36,611 bases of DNA from Candidatus Woesearchaeota archaeon (lineage in GTDB: Archaea; Nanobdellota; Nanobdellia; Pacearchaeales; GW2011-AR1), in NCBI GenBank assembly GCA_964346485.1, contig CAYFUJ010000044.1, positions 1-36,611 of the forward strand, read 5' to 3'. This document shows, in pieces, positions 7,859-15,964 of the stretch. The first letter of the stretch is position 1, and every line of letters begins with the position of its first letter. The notes under the pieces were generated by a model. It had not been told where the DNA came from. It saw only the letters and a list, made by a program, of their open reading frames with translations, and made no database searches. The translations under genes were made by a program, and so were the position numbers.

Positions 7859-7932
7859 TTTTAAAATAACTTTTGAGAGTTTTTAAAATGTTTGATAGGA
7901 AATTTTATAAATAGATTAAAGGTTGTGTGATT

Positions 7933-8145
7933 ATGAAGTTAGAAAATGGATTTGAAAGATGTGTATGTGGCTGTGGAGAGCTTACAGATGTAAGAAAAGA
8001 CGCACCAGTAGACGAGAGACTTTATCATGTAAAAGGTGCAGGCCAGCTTAAACCATCTTGTTATAAAAGAATTTATGGTCCTTCTAAAAGAGAAGAAGTT
8101 GAATCTAAATTATGGCTTCGAGAGATGGGAATTATGTTAGATTAA
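7933..8145 (+). CDS. Hypothetical small Cys-containing protein (70 aa)
   Basis: The ORF has CVCGCG near its N-terminus. The track begins at GTG 7927, but ATG 7933 with an upstream AGGT is more likely. Confidence 0.35.
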   Translation: MKLENGFERCVCGCGELTDVRKDAPVDERLYHVKGAGQLKPSCYKRIYGPSKREEVESKLWLREMGIMLD

Positions 8146-8189
8146 AAGTTTCTATTTTAAAATTGTGCAAAAACCCAAAAACCAAAATA

Positions 8190-8197
8190 TTTAAATA
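8190..8197 (+). promoter_or_regulatory. Consensus-like archaeal TATA box TTTAAATA
   Basis: It matches TTTAWATA exactly and is preceded by an A-rich, BRE-like stretch. The predicted transcription start is near 8218-8224, about 105 nt before the next ATG. Confidence 0.4.
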
Positions 8198-8214
8198 GTA
8201 TATCTTTTATGTAT

Positions 8215-8326
8215 ACACGAGAGGTATATCCTCATCCACCTCTTTTCCTGAACTTTGTGAAGGAAAATGGGGCAACCTCTTTTCAACCCAGCCGTGTCTT
8301 ATTAAGGCACGGTTGCATACTCAAAA
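8215..8326 (+). ncRNA. Candidate structured RNA or unusually long structured 5' leader
   Basis: This GC-enriched segment lies in an AT-rich spacer. Hairpin 1 pairs AGAGGT (8220-8225) with ACCTCT (8238-8243). Hairpin 2 pairs TTTTCC (8243-8248) with GGAAAA (8262-8267). Hairpin 3 pairs CCGTGTC (8292-8298) with GGCACGG (8306-8312) around a 7-nt loop. A 10-nt direct repeat ACCTCTTTTC occurs at 8238 and 8275. Confidence 0.3.
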
Positions 8327-8521
8327 ATGGATAAGAAAACAAAATTAGATATATGGAATACCGATAGTTTGAGATATACTATAGCACTTCCTTTATATTT
8401 AATACTTTTAACATTGCTTTGGCATTGGGGTTACAGTACTATATTCTGGATAGCATTGATTTTAATTGTTATAGAGTATGTTGGCATTGCATATAGAATG
8501 AATAAAAATAAACCAAAATAA
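8327..8521 (+). CDS. Small two-TM membrane protein (64 aa)
   Basis: Two hydrophobic helices are present (IALPLYLILLTLLWHWGY and IFWIALILIVIEYVGIAY). The stop lies 2 nt before the next ATG. Confidence 0.4.
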   Translation: MDKKTKLDIWNTDSLRYTIALPLYLILLTLLWHWGYSTIFWIALILIVIEYVGIAYRMNKNKPK

Positions 8522-8523
8522 AA

Positions 8524-8880
8524 ATGGCAGACATATTTGACAACACGATTCTCTGCAAAAACTGCAACACAAAAATGAAGAAAGGAGAAGCAGTTAAAAA
8601 CGGATTTATTTTAAGAGTGGTCGTCTGTCCAAAGTGCAACGATAAGATTATTCATCCAGCAGACGAGCAGGAATACAACAGATTTATAAATTTAAAAAAC
8701 AAAGAATTCCGAGTCAAGATGAGACTCGTAGGAAACAGTTATGCTGTTTCAATTCCAAAAGAAATCGTTTCTTTTATAAAGGAACAGGAAAAAATCATGG
8801 ATGACATGGTAAGATTGTGTTTCGAGGACTTTGGAAAACTCTCACTAAGTTTTGACGAGGCGAAAAAATTAAGGAGATAA
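8524..8880 (+). CDS. Zn-ribbon plus SpoVT/AbrB-type domain protein
   Basis: The ribbon is CKNCNTKM...CPKCNDK. The AbrB-like signature is VKMRLVGNSYAVSIPKEIVSFI. The gene ends 1 nt before the cdc48 ATG. Confidence 0.65.
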   Translation: MADIFDNTILCKNCNTKMKKGEAVKNGFILRVVVCPKCNDKIIHPADEQEYNRFINLKNKEFRVKMRLVGNSYAVSIPKEIVSFIKEQEKIMDDMVRLCFEDFGKLSLSFDEAKKLRR

Positions 8881-8881
8881 A

Positions 8882-11173
8882 ATGAAAAAAAAGGAAATTC
8901 AGCTCAAGGTTGTTGAGGCACAGCAAGACGATGCTTACAAAGGAGTGGCAAGAATAGATAGCGAAATTATGAGAGAGCTTGATATTAAAAGAGGGGACGT
9001 TATTCTGATTAAAGGAAATCGGGAGACTGTCGCGATTGCTGATAGAGCATATCCTGCAGATGTTGGTGAAGGGATTATAAGAATCGACGGAATTCTGAGA
9101 AGAAATGCAAAGACAGGTATTGGAGAAGTAGTAAAAGTTTCAAAGGCAGAAGTCAAGGAAGCAAAAAAAATAATAATTGCCCCTGCACAAAGGAATATAA
9201 TGGTCCAGGCAGAACCAGAGAGCCTGAGAAATGGTTTATTGGGAAGAGCTGTTCTTAAAGGAGATGTTGTTGTTCTTGGCGGAACTCAGAGAAGGAGAGA
9301 TTTGCTTTCTGATGAGCTTGGAGGAGAATTTGGAGACATGCTCGGAGACATGCTTGGGAGCATGGGCTTTGGTCAGCTTGGAGGATTTACACAGATTAAA
9401 TTTTTGGTCGTAAATACAAGCCCTACTCAGCCAGTCGTGATTAGGGAAAACACCCAGGTTTCTTTGAGCCCCAAGGCAGTTGAAATAACAGAAGAAAGCA
9501 TTCCCGAAATAACTTACGAGGACATAGGTGGATTATCAGACGAAATTAAAAAAATAAGGGAAATGGTGGAAATCCCCATAAAACATCCTGAGATTTTTCA
9601 GAGGCTTAGTATAGAACCTCCAAAAGGTGTATTGCTTTATGGTCCTCCAGGATCAGGTAAAACCTTATTGGCTAAGGCTGTTGCAAATGAATCCGAAGCT
9701 AATTTTATACTTTTGAATGGTCCTGAAATTATGTCAAAATTCTATGGTGAGAGTGAAAAAAAGATAAGAGATATTTTTGAAGAAGCAGAGAAAACATCAC
9801 CGACAATTATATTTATTGATGAGATCGACGCAATAGCTCCGAAAAGGGAAGAGGTTACAGGAGAAGTTGAGAGGCGTGTTGTTTCCCAGCTGTTGACAAT
9901 GATGGATGGTCTTAAGTCAAGAGGAAAAGTGATTGTCGTCGCTGCAACAAACAGAGTTAATGCTATTGACCCTGCCTTGAGAAGACCAGGAAGATTTGAT
10001 AGAGAAATAGAGCTAAATGTTCCTAGCAAAAAAGGAAGACTTGCAATTTTGAAAATTCATACAAGAGGAATGCCTCTTACAAAAGATGTTAAACTCGAAG
10101 AAATTGCTTCTATAACTCATGGTTTTGTCGGGGCAGATATTGAAGCTCTTGCAAAAGAAGCTGCAATGAGTGTTCTGAGAAAACTTCTTCCAAAAATTAA
10201 ACTTGATCAGGAAGAACAGATTCCTCAGGAAGTTCTTGAAAAATTAGTAATTAAAAATAATGATTTTATAGATGCCCTTAAAAATGTCCGTCCTTCTGCA
10301 ATGAGAGAAGTCCTTGTTGAAACCCCAAATGTTAACTGGGGCGATGTCGGAGGACTTGATAAGGTCAAACAAGAGCTTAAAGAAGCTATTGAATGGCCTC
10401 TGAAATATCCTGAAACTTTCAAAAGAATGGGAATAAGACCTTCGAGAGGTGTGCTGCTTTATGGTCCTCCAGGATCAGGTAAAACTCTTCTCGCAAAAGC
10501 AGTAGCTAAAGAGTCAGAAGCTAATTTTATTCAAGTCAAAGGACCAAGCTTGTTAAGCATGTGGGTTGGTAAATCAGAAGAAGGAATGAGAAAAGTCTTT
10601 GAGAGGGCAAGGCAGGTTTCCCCATGTATTATTTTCTTTGATGAGATTGATGCGCTTGCAGGAAAGAGAGGCATTGAAACAGGAACAAAAGTTACTGAAA
10701 GAGTTTTGAACCAGATGCTTGCAGAAATGGACGGACTTGAAGACCTTAATGATGTTTTGGTTATTGGTGCTACAAACAGACCAGACATGCTTGACCCAGG
10801 ACTTTTAAGACCAGGAAGATTTGACAAGATTTTGCTCGTTCCAGCTCCTGAAGAAGAAGGCAGACTTCAGATTCTGAAGATTCACACGAGAGGAATGCCT
10901 CTTGCAAAAGATGTCAATCTTACAGATTTTTCTAAGAAGACAGTTGGATTTACAGGAGCTGATATAGAGGCATTTACCAGAGAAGCTGCGATGATTGCTT
11001 TGAGAGAAAATAAAGAGACAAAACAGGTAAAAAACAAAAACTTTAACGAAGCCCTTAAGAAAATCAAACCAAGCGTAAGCAAGCCAATACTCGAAGTTTA
11101 CAAAAAGATAGAGGACAGCTTCCTGAAATCCGCAAAAACAGCAATTCCTCTCGAGAGTTCTTACTTCGGATGA
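8882..11173 (+). CDS. cdc48: Cdc48/VAT-type AAA+ ATPase (N domain plus D1 and D2)
   Basis: The VAT-N-like start is [19 protein letters not shown]...GDVILIKG. There are two Walker A motifs ([15 protein letters not shown] twice), two Walker B motifs (IIFIDEIDA and IIFFDEIDA), and second-region-of-homology Arg residues ([13 protein letters not shown] and [13 protein letters not shown]). Confidence 0.95.
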   Translation: MKKKEIQLKVVEAQQDDAYKGVARIDSEIMRELDIKRGDVILIKGNRETVAIADRAYPADVGEGIIRIDGILRRNAKTGIGEVVKVSKAEVKEAKKIIIAPAQRNIMVQAEPESLRNGLLGRAVLKGDVVVLGGTQRRRDLLSDELGGEFGDMLGDMLGSMGFGQLGGFTQIKFLVVNTSPTQPVVIRENTQVSLSPKAVEITEESIPEITYEDIGGLSDEIKKIREMVEIPIKHPEIFQRLSIEPPKGVLLYGPPGSGKTLLAKAVANESEANFILLNGPEIMSKFYGESEKKIRDIFEEAEKTSPTIIFIDEIDAIAPKREEVTGEVERRVVSQLLTMMDGLKSRGKVIVVAATNRVNAIDPALRRPGRFDREIELNVPSKKGRLAILKIHTRGMPLTKDVKLEEIASITHGFVGADIEALAKEAAMSVLRKLLPKIKLDQEEQIPQEVLEKLVIKNNDFIDALKNVRPSAMREVLVETPNVNWGDVGGLDKVKQELKEAIEWPLKYPETFKRMGIRPSRGVLLYGPPGSGKTLLAKAVAKESEANFIQVKGPSLLSMWVGKSEEGMRKVFERARQVSPCIIFFDEIDALAGKRGIETGTKVTERVLNQMLAEMDGLEDLNDVLVIGATNRPDMLDPGLLRPGRFDKILLVPAPEEEGRLQILKIHTRGMPLAKDVNLTDFSKKTVGFTGADIEAFTREAAMIALRENKETKQVKNKNFNEALKKIKPSVSKPILEVYKKIEDSFLKSAKTAIPLESSYFG
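9332..9367 (+). repeat. Three tandem 12-nt units (GGAGACATGCTC / GGAGACATGCTT / GGGAGCATGGGC) inside cdc48
   Basis: Read directly from the sequence. The units encode [12 protein letters not shown] within a Gly/Met-rich insertion. Confidence 0.8.
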
Positions 11174-11175
11174 TT

Positions 11176-12054
11176 TTATTGGGTTGTCACAATAATCTTG
11201 TCTTCTGAAATTAAAATCGTGTGTTCTGCCTGGCTGACTTTGCTTCCTGCAATTTCTACAAGCTGTGGAAAATGATGCAGGTTTCCGTTGTCTTCCAGTT
11301 GTTTAAGTCCAAACAATGCTTTTGTTCCGAATTTTTTGACAAGCCAACGTGAGCAAAAAGGTAGAGTGTCGTATTCTTTTTTTATAAATTCGAGAATTTC
11401 TCTTGATATAGGATTTCTTATGTTTTTTGTTTCTCTTAATTCATAAATTCCAGAAGGTCTTCCGTCATGAACTTTTCCGCTTCCTGTTGTTGCAAAAGGC
11501 TCAAATGCATAGAGTCCTTCTCTTAATTTTATATTTTTATTATCCTTGATATTTGGGATGGTGATTCCTGAATGTAACTCATATTGCTCCATGCTGTGCC
11601 CTGAGAGATTTATTATGGGGGAAAAACCGTAAGATTCTATTGTTTTAAAAATTACATCTCCTGTTTCATCTGTTGAGATATCTTTTTTTACAGTTTTTAG
11701 AGCATTTTCCAAGGCTTTTTCAGAAGCTTCTATTAATTTTTTATTTTCCTCATTATTTTCCAAGTCAATAGAGAACGCAGTGTCAGATATCCAACCGTCA
11801 ACGTGAACTCCAAAATCAATCTTTAACAAACCAGAAGCTAGGGTTTCGTCATCATGTGAAGGGGTATAATGTGCAGAGATGTTATCTATACTCAGACTTA
11901 CAGGAAATGCTGGCTTTGCTCCAAGCCCTTCTATTTTTGATTCAATTTTTTCGGCAATTTCCAATAAAGAAGCGCCTTTCTTTATGATAGTTTTTGCATA
12001 TTTTCTTGTTTCTGAGGCTATTCTGCCTGCCTTGATGATTTTTTCTTTGTCCAT
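11176..12054 (-). CDS. map: Methionine aminopeptidase, type 2 (archaeal)
   Basis: The pita-bread fold pattern is present: AFPVSLSIDNISAHYTP, IDFGVHVDGWISDTAFS, NLSGHSMEQYELH, AFEPFATTG and QAEHTILI. The length is 292 aa. Confidence 0.9.
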   Translation of the reverse strand: MDKEKIIKAGRIASETRKYAKTIIKKGASLLEIAEKIESKIEGLGAKPAFPVSLSIDNISAHYTPSHDDETLASGLLKIDFGVHVDGWISDTAFSIDLENNEENKKLIEASEKALENALKTVKKDISTDETGDVIFKTIESYGFSPIINLSGHSMEQYELHSGITIPNIKDNKNIKLREGLYAFEPFATTGSGKVHDGRPSGIYELRETKNIRNPISREILEFIKKEYDTLPFCSRWLVKKFGTKALFGLKQLEDNGNLHHFPQLVEIAGSKVSQAEHTILISEDKIIVTTQ

Positions 12055-12057
12055 TTT

Positions 12058-12396
12058 TTATTCTTTTTCTAAATTTATCCTAAACTCTTTTCCCCAATCC
12101 TGAAATCCCAGTTTCTTATATAACTTATGAACTCTATCACGAGCATAACGGCTAGTAGCGATTAATTTGTAGCAATTTTGCTTTTTAGCTTCTTTGATTA
12201 ATTCTTTAACAATTTCTGTTCCATAACCCTTGCCCCTCAATGATTCGTCAATGAAGACATCTTCCATTAAACCAAAAGGCCGTTTATGTAAATCATTTTT
12301 CATTAAATAAAGAAAAGCCCGAGCAACTTCTTTATTATTTTTCTCAATAGAAAATTTTATTCCTTCAGAATTTATTTTTTGTTTTTTCACAATCAT
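12058..12396 (-). CDS. GNAT-family N-acetyltransferase (short, 112 aa)
   Basis: The acetyl-CoA-binding motif A is LRGKGYGTEIVKELIKEAKK, followed by a beta strand and KLYKKLGF. Confidence 0.8.
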   Translation of the reverse strand: MIVKKQKINSEGIKFSIEKNNKEVARAFLYLMKNDLHKRPFGLMEDVFIDESLRGKGYGTEIVKELIKEAKKQNCYKLIATSRYARDRVHKLYKKLGFQDWGKEFRINLEKE

Positions 12397-12401
12397 CTTA
12401 T

Positions 12402-13010
12402 CTATTTACATTTACACCTTTTAATTTTTTCTTTAAGGAAAAAGAAAGGAAACAAAATATCACTTATACAACATGGAAGTATAACAGATACTAGCACAAT
12501 TAAAAAAGCACCTATGAAATAAACGAAATTAAAATTCAGGCTGAATGCCAAGAGATAAAACAAACTTGCAAAGACAGACAAAAACACATGAATGAAATGA
12601 GGCATCTCTGTTGTTTTTGTAGATATTCCAATCAAGCTTCCGATTATTGCTACAGCTAAAATAAGAATGGGTTTTTCAATCAGTAATAGATGGAAAGAAG
12701 TTCCCAAGCTCAATATATTTCCTCCAAGCCAAGGCAAGATTATATCACTTAAACTTCCGATGATTATTGACCCTGTTATTCCGACCAATAATGCAGGAAC
12801 TAATTTTGATTTATATTTATAAAAAATTCCTGCAGTTACAATTGATGAAGCAACAATATGGAGCGGATGAAAGACTTCAAACAGATTTTCTGAAATTTGT
12901 TTTTGGAGAAGATATTGGAAGAGAACAACAATTATAATCGCGATAATTGTTGCAAATGCTGTAAAAGGAAGGTGGTGTTTTAATTCATGAATTATTTCCT
13001 TTATTTTCAT
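12402..13010 (-). CDS. Polytopic membrane protein (about 6 TM, 202 aa), unknown function
   Basis: The protein is hydrophobic throughout, with conserved-looking His residues (HELKHHLPF, HPLHIV, PHFIHV) and a C-terminal CKCK. Its ATG overlaps the polB stop (TGATG). Confidence 0.6.
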   Translation of the reverse strand: MKIKEIIHELKHHLPFTAFATIIAIIIVVLFQYLLQKQISENLFEVFHPLHIVASSIVTAGIFYKYKSKLVPALLVGITGSIIIGSLSDIILPWLGGNILSLGTSFHLLLIEKPILILAVAIIGSLIGISTKTTEMPHFIHVFLSVFASLFYLLAFSLNFNFVYFIGAFLIVLVSVILPCCISDILFPFFFLKEKIKRCKCK

Positions 13011-15481
13011 CAGAAATCTCCTAATTTCGTCTGTTTTTTTCCAGCCATGATTTCTTTTATCTCTATGTCAAATATATGAAATATTGCCTCAACAGCAGGA
13101 AGAATCTGTCTTTCCAGATAATATTTGATATCATACTCTCCTTTTTCTTCAGGAAGTTTTACTTTTTCACGGACGAGTTTTTTCTTTTCTCGGGTTTCTG
13201 CGATATAATATTCAATCAGGTTTCCTCCACTGATTGGAATCTCTCTTTCCTGCATTTTTCTTGCAGCAATTACGTGAGGAGTTATTGCCCTATATTCTGA
13301 AAGTGGCTTTTTAAGCATGGTTCTTATTATCAGTTCTTCTTTGCTGATTTTTCTTTGTTTTATCTTTTTTATTATGTCTTTTACATATTCGAGCGCTTTT
13401 TTTTCATTTCCATCTTTAAGAATAAGCTTTATTATTTTGTTCTGAACCTCTCTAGCTAAATGACACCAGTCTCTTCTTACTGTTTCAAATCCGCGAATTT
13501 TTAATCTCCCTTTTTCATCTATGAGTGCATATTTTTTCTTTGCACCTATTTTACCTGTTCTTTTTGTGACCCATAACCCCCTTTTATAAAAATCTTCTAA
13601 TTCTAGTTCCATTATTCCAGGCAATTCTGAGTTCAGTTTTTTAAGAAAGTCTTTTGCCTGGGTTTTTGTCTTGTCTCCCAATGCAAATGCAATGCTGTCT
13701 GTATCAGCATAAATAACATCATAGTCAGCTGATTTTGTGTTTTCAATTGCCTCTTTGTTCAGTTTTCTTACAAATGCCAGAATTGAATGCGAACTTTCTG
13801 CTGAAAAATACCTTGCTCCGAAAAAAGCTACATAGCCATGAATCGATGCAGACAAAAGTTTGAAAGCATTACTTCTCGCTTTTGTGATTTTGTTTGGATT
13901 TTTTTTGTATTCTGCCTTAAATTTTTTCCTTTTTTCAAATATCTCTTTTGCAAGAGCAGGAATAAATCCCTGCTTTTTAGAAAAATAAAATTTTGTTTTC
14001 TTTTTTTTAAAATCTATCTCTGGAGATTCATAAGAATCTTTCTGTTTTTTTTCTAAAAGAGTTGTTTTTGATATATTGAATGAGACTATTATGCTCGTAT
14101 GCATAGAGGTAAAATCAAACATTACAATATTTTCATACAAACCAGGAAGGGGCTCATAAACAAATGCTCCTTCAGAAGGCGCCCTCCTTCTTCTTTCAGA
14201 AATCTCGTCATGTGTTGGTCGCTTTTCAGGAATCTCGTTGAATTTTCCCAGTCTGTGCAGAATATATGATTCGACATGCTTGGATAATCCGTATCTCGAG
14301 ACATCAAATATCGGTTCCTGAATCGTTCTTGTAAATTCAAGAAGATCAGGCCAGAATTTTTCAAACAACCTGAAAGTTAAATCTGAGTCATGCAAGTTAT
14401 ATTCAAAATATTCTTTCCAGTGGTGATCTTCGAGTTTTGATGAATGTGCCGGTCTGAAATCTTTTTTTGAATCTCCGAGAAACTCTTTCGCAACTTCATT
14501 TAGTGAAAGTGTTTCAGATTGCATATATTGAGAGTAAGCTGTCTGAATAAATCTTAACAAATCAATGTGAGTTATTCCTGATATTTTTCCAGTCATCATA
14601 ATTCCTCTAGAAAATCTTGGCTGGGTTTCATCAAGTCCTAAACTTAAAGAAACTCCAAGCTTATCTGCTCTTGCCCGAAGATAGGGCAGGTCAAATCCAT
14701 CTGAGAAATATCCGACGAGAAAATCAGGAGAGATTTTTCTTACATATTCCACAAATTTTTCCAAAAGCTCTTTCTCGTCTTTTACGAACTCGACATAATT
14801 TTGCTTTGAAGCTATTTTTTTCCATGTTAAAACCTTCCTAAAATTATTCGAGACGAGTGAAATCATCAGAATCTCTCCACCACCTATTTTAAACTCATCA
14901 CATTCTATATCATAAGCCAGAATTTTTGGAGAGAATTCTTTCTTTTCTGATTCCTTGAATTTTTTGAGATTCAGACACAAATCAACATCCAAGCCAGAAT
15001 CAATTCCGCCAAACTCCCGAGAATTATTCAGCACTTCCCCCTCAATTTCATACCAGTTTAGAGGAATTATTTTTTTCTCAATAATATAATGAGTTACAAA
15101 TCCCAAATCATAACCTCTTCTGCATTCTATTCCTTCAAGATCAAGTCTGTCTGCAATGTCATGCAAATCCTTGTAATTTGTAGCAAAAATCTTCAGAGCC
15201 TTTACTTTTTTACCCAAAAAGTTTTTATCGTGCAATTCAACTTTTTCCACCCGTGTCTGTCTTCCTTTCACATCCAATTTTATCTTAGATATTTTATCGA
15301 TTAATTTACCGATTTTCTTTTTACTCAATTTTTCCTTCAAGATAACCCACAGATAAACAGGGCACGAGTCTATTATGCAGACTCTTTTTCCCTTACTATT
15401 CCTTCCGATTATTTTTGCATAATTTCTTCCTTCAAAATCAAAGTAGTCATAATCTATAGGTATAAAATCCATTTCTATCAT
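13010..15481 (-). CDS. polB: Family B DNA polymerase
   Basis: Exo I is YDIECDE, Exo II is GYFSDGFDLPYL and Exo III is YNLHDSDL. Motif A is DFTSMHTS, motif B is KLLSASIHGY and motif C is YADTDS. KKKYAL is present and the C-terminal PIP box is QTKLGDF. Confidence 0.9.
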   Translation of the reverse strand: MIEMDFIPIDYDYFDFEGRNYAKIIGRNSKGKRVCIIDSCPVYLWVILKEKLSKKKIGKLIDKISKIKLDVKGRQTRVEKVELHDKNFLGKKVKALKIFATNYKDLHDIADRLDLEGIECRRGYDLGFVTHYIIEKKIIPLNWYEIEGEVLNNSREFGGIDSGLDVDLCLNLKKFKESEKKEFSPKILAYDIECDEFKIGGGEILMISLVSNNFRKVLTWKKIASKQNYVEFVKDEKELLEKFVEYVRKISPDFLVGYFSDGFDLPYLRARADKLGVSLSLGLDETQPRFSRGIMMTGKISGITHIDLLRFIQTAYSQYMQSETLSLNEVAKEFLGDSKKDFRPAHSSKLEDHHWKEYFEYNLHDSDLTFRLFEKFWPDLLEFTRTIQEPIFDVSRYGLSKHVESYILHRLGKFNEIPEKRPTHDEISERRRRAPSEGAFVYEPLPGLYENIVMFDFTSMHTSIIVSFNISKTTLLEKKQKDSYESPEIDFKKKKTKFYFSKKQGFIPALAKEIFEKRKKFKAEYKKNPNKITKARSNAFKLLSASIHGYVAFFGARYFSAESSHSILAFVRKLNKEAIENTKSADYDVIYADTDSIAFALGDKTKTQAKDFLKKLNSELPGIMELELEDFYKRGLWVTKRTGKIGAKKKYALIDEKGRLKIRGFETVRRDWCHLAREVQNKIIKLILKDGNEKKALEYVKDIIKKIKQRKISKEELIIRTMLKKPLSEYRAITPHVIAARKMQEREIPISGGNLIEYYIAETREKKKLVREKVKLPEEKGEYDIKYYLERQILPAVEAIFHIFDIEIKEIMAGKKQTKLGDF

Positions 15482-15497
15482 GAATTTTACAAGAGAA

Positions 15498-15866
15498 TTA
15501 ATTATTTAAAGGTTGGGAGGGAGTTATAAATTCAATATTAAATCTTTTAGTACCTTGATGTGGATTAAAGTTCCGTAAATGTAGGAGATGCCTTTCTTTA
15601 TTTCCTTTTTTGTATAATTGATACATTCCTTCAAATTTTGTACTTGCATCAAATGTCTCTCCTGCTCGTTGAAAATATGGTTTCATGGGTTCCACATGTG
15701 AGATAGCATTTTCAATTGTGTTTTTACCCCTTAATTTAGGTCGTAGTACGATATCAATTTCTTTATCTTTATGTTTTCCTAATATTTTCATAGCTTCCAC
15801 CCACTCAATTGATTCCTTTTTTAATCTTTTCCATCCTATGAAATTAAGTATTATATAATTTAACAT
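15498..15866 (-). CDS. Hypothetical protein (122 aa), first gene of the polB string
   Basis: This is an intact ORF starting at ATG, on the same strand as polB and 16 nt upstream of it. I recognise no motif. Confidence 0.4.
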   Translation of the reverse strand: MLNYIILNFIGWKRLKKESIEWVEAMKILGKHKDKEIDIVLRPKLRGKNTIENAISHVEPMKPYFQRAGETFDASTKFEGMYQLYKKGNKERHLLHLRNFNPHQGTKRFNIEFITPSQPLNN

Positions 15867-15934
15867 ATTGTTTAAGGACTAATAAACCTATTTAAATATT
15901 TTTGTGCTCTTGAGAGAGTTTCATCCTTCATAAG

Positions 15935-15944
15935 TTATTTATAT
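15935..15944 (+). promoter_or_regulatory. TATA-like element (TTATTTATAT) upstream of fen1
   Basis: It ends 21 nt before ATG 15965, which is leaderless-type spacing. Confidence 0.35.
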
Positions 15945-15964
15945 CTGGGTTTCGTTGAATAATA

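Noticed and set aside
8292-8312. Hairpin CCGTGTC-TTATTAA-GGCACGG, considered as an anticodon arm of a cryptic or split tRNA (anticodon AUU).
   Set aside because: No flanking acceptor, D-arm or T-arm (GTTCRAAT) sequence can be folded. An A34 anticodon would also be atypical. I kept it only as part of the candidate structured RNA.
9640-10500. Near-identical DNA segments (GGTCCTCCAGGATCAGGTAAAAC...GCTAA.GC.GT) at about 9641 and about 10463, considered as a dispersed repeat or mobile-element end.
   Set aside because: They are the Walker A regions of the D1 and D2 AAA modules of cdc48. This is an internal domain duplication, not an independent repeat element.
13010-15481. Inteins in PolB, RFC-S or Cdc48, which are common intein hosts in archaea.
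   Set aside because: Lengths are normal (823, 320 and 763 aa). The catalytic motifs are contiguous and no Cys/Ser...HN-Cys/Ser/Thr splice-junction blocks interrupt them.
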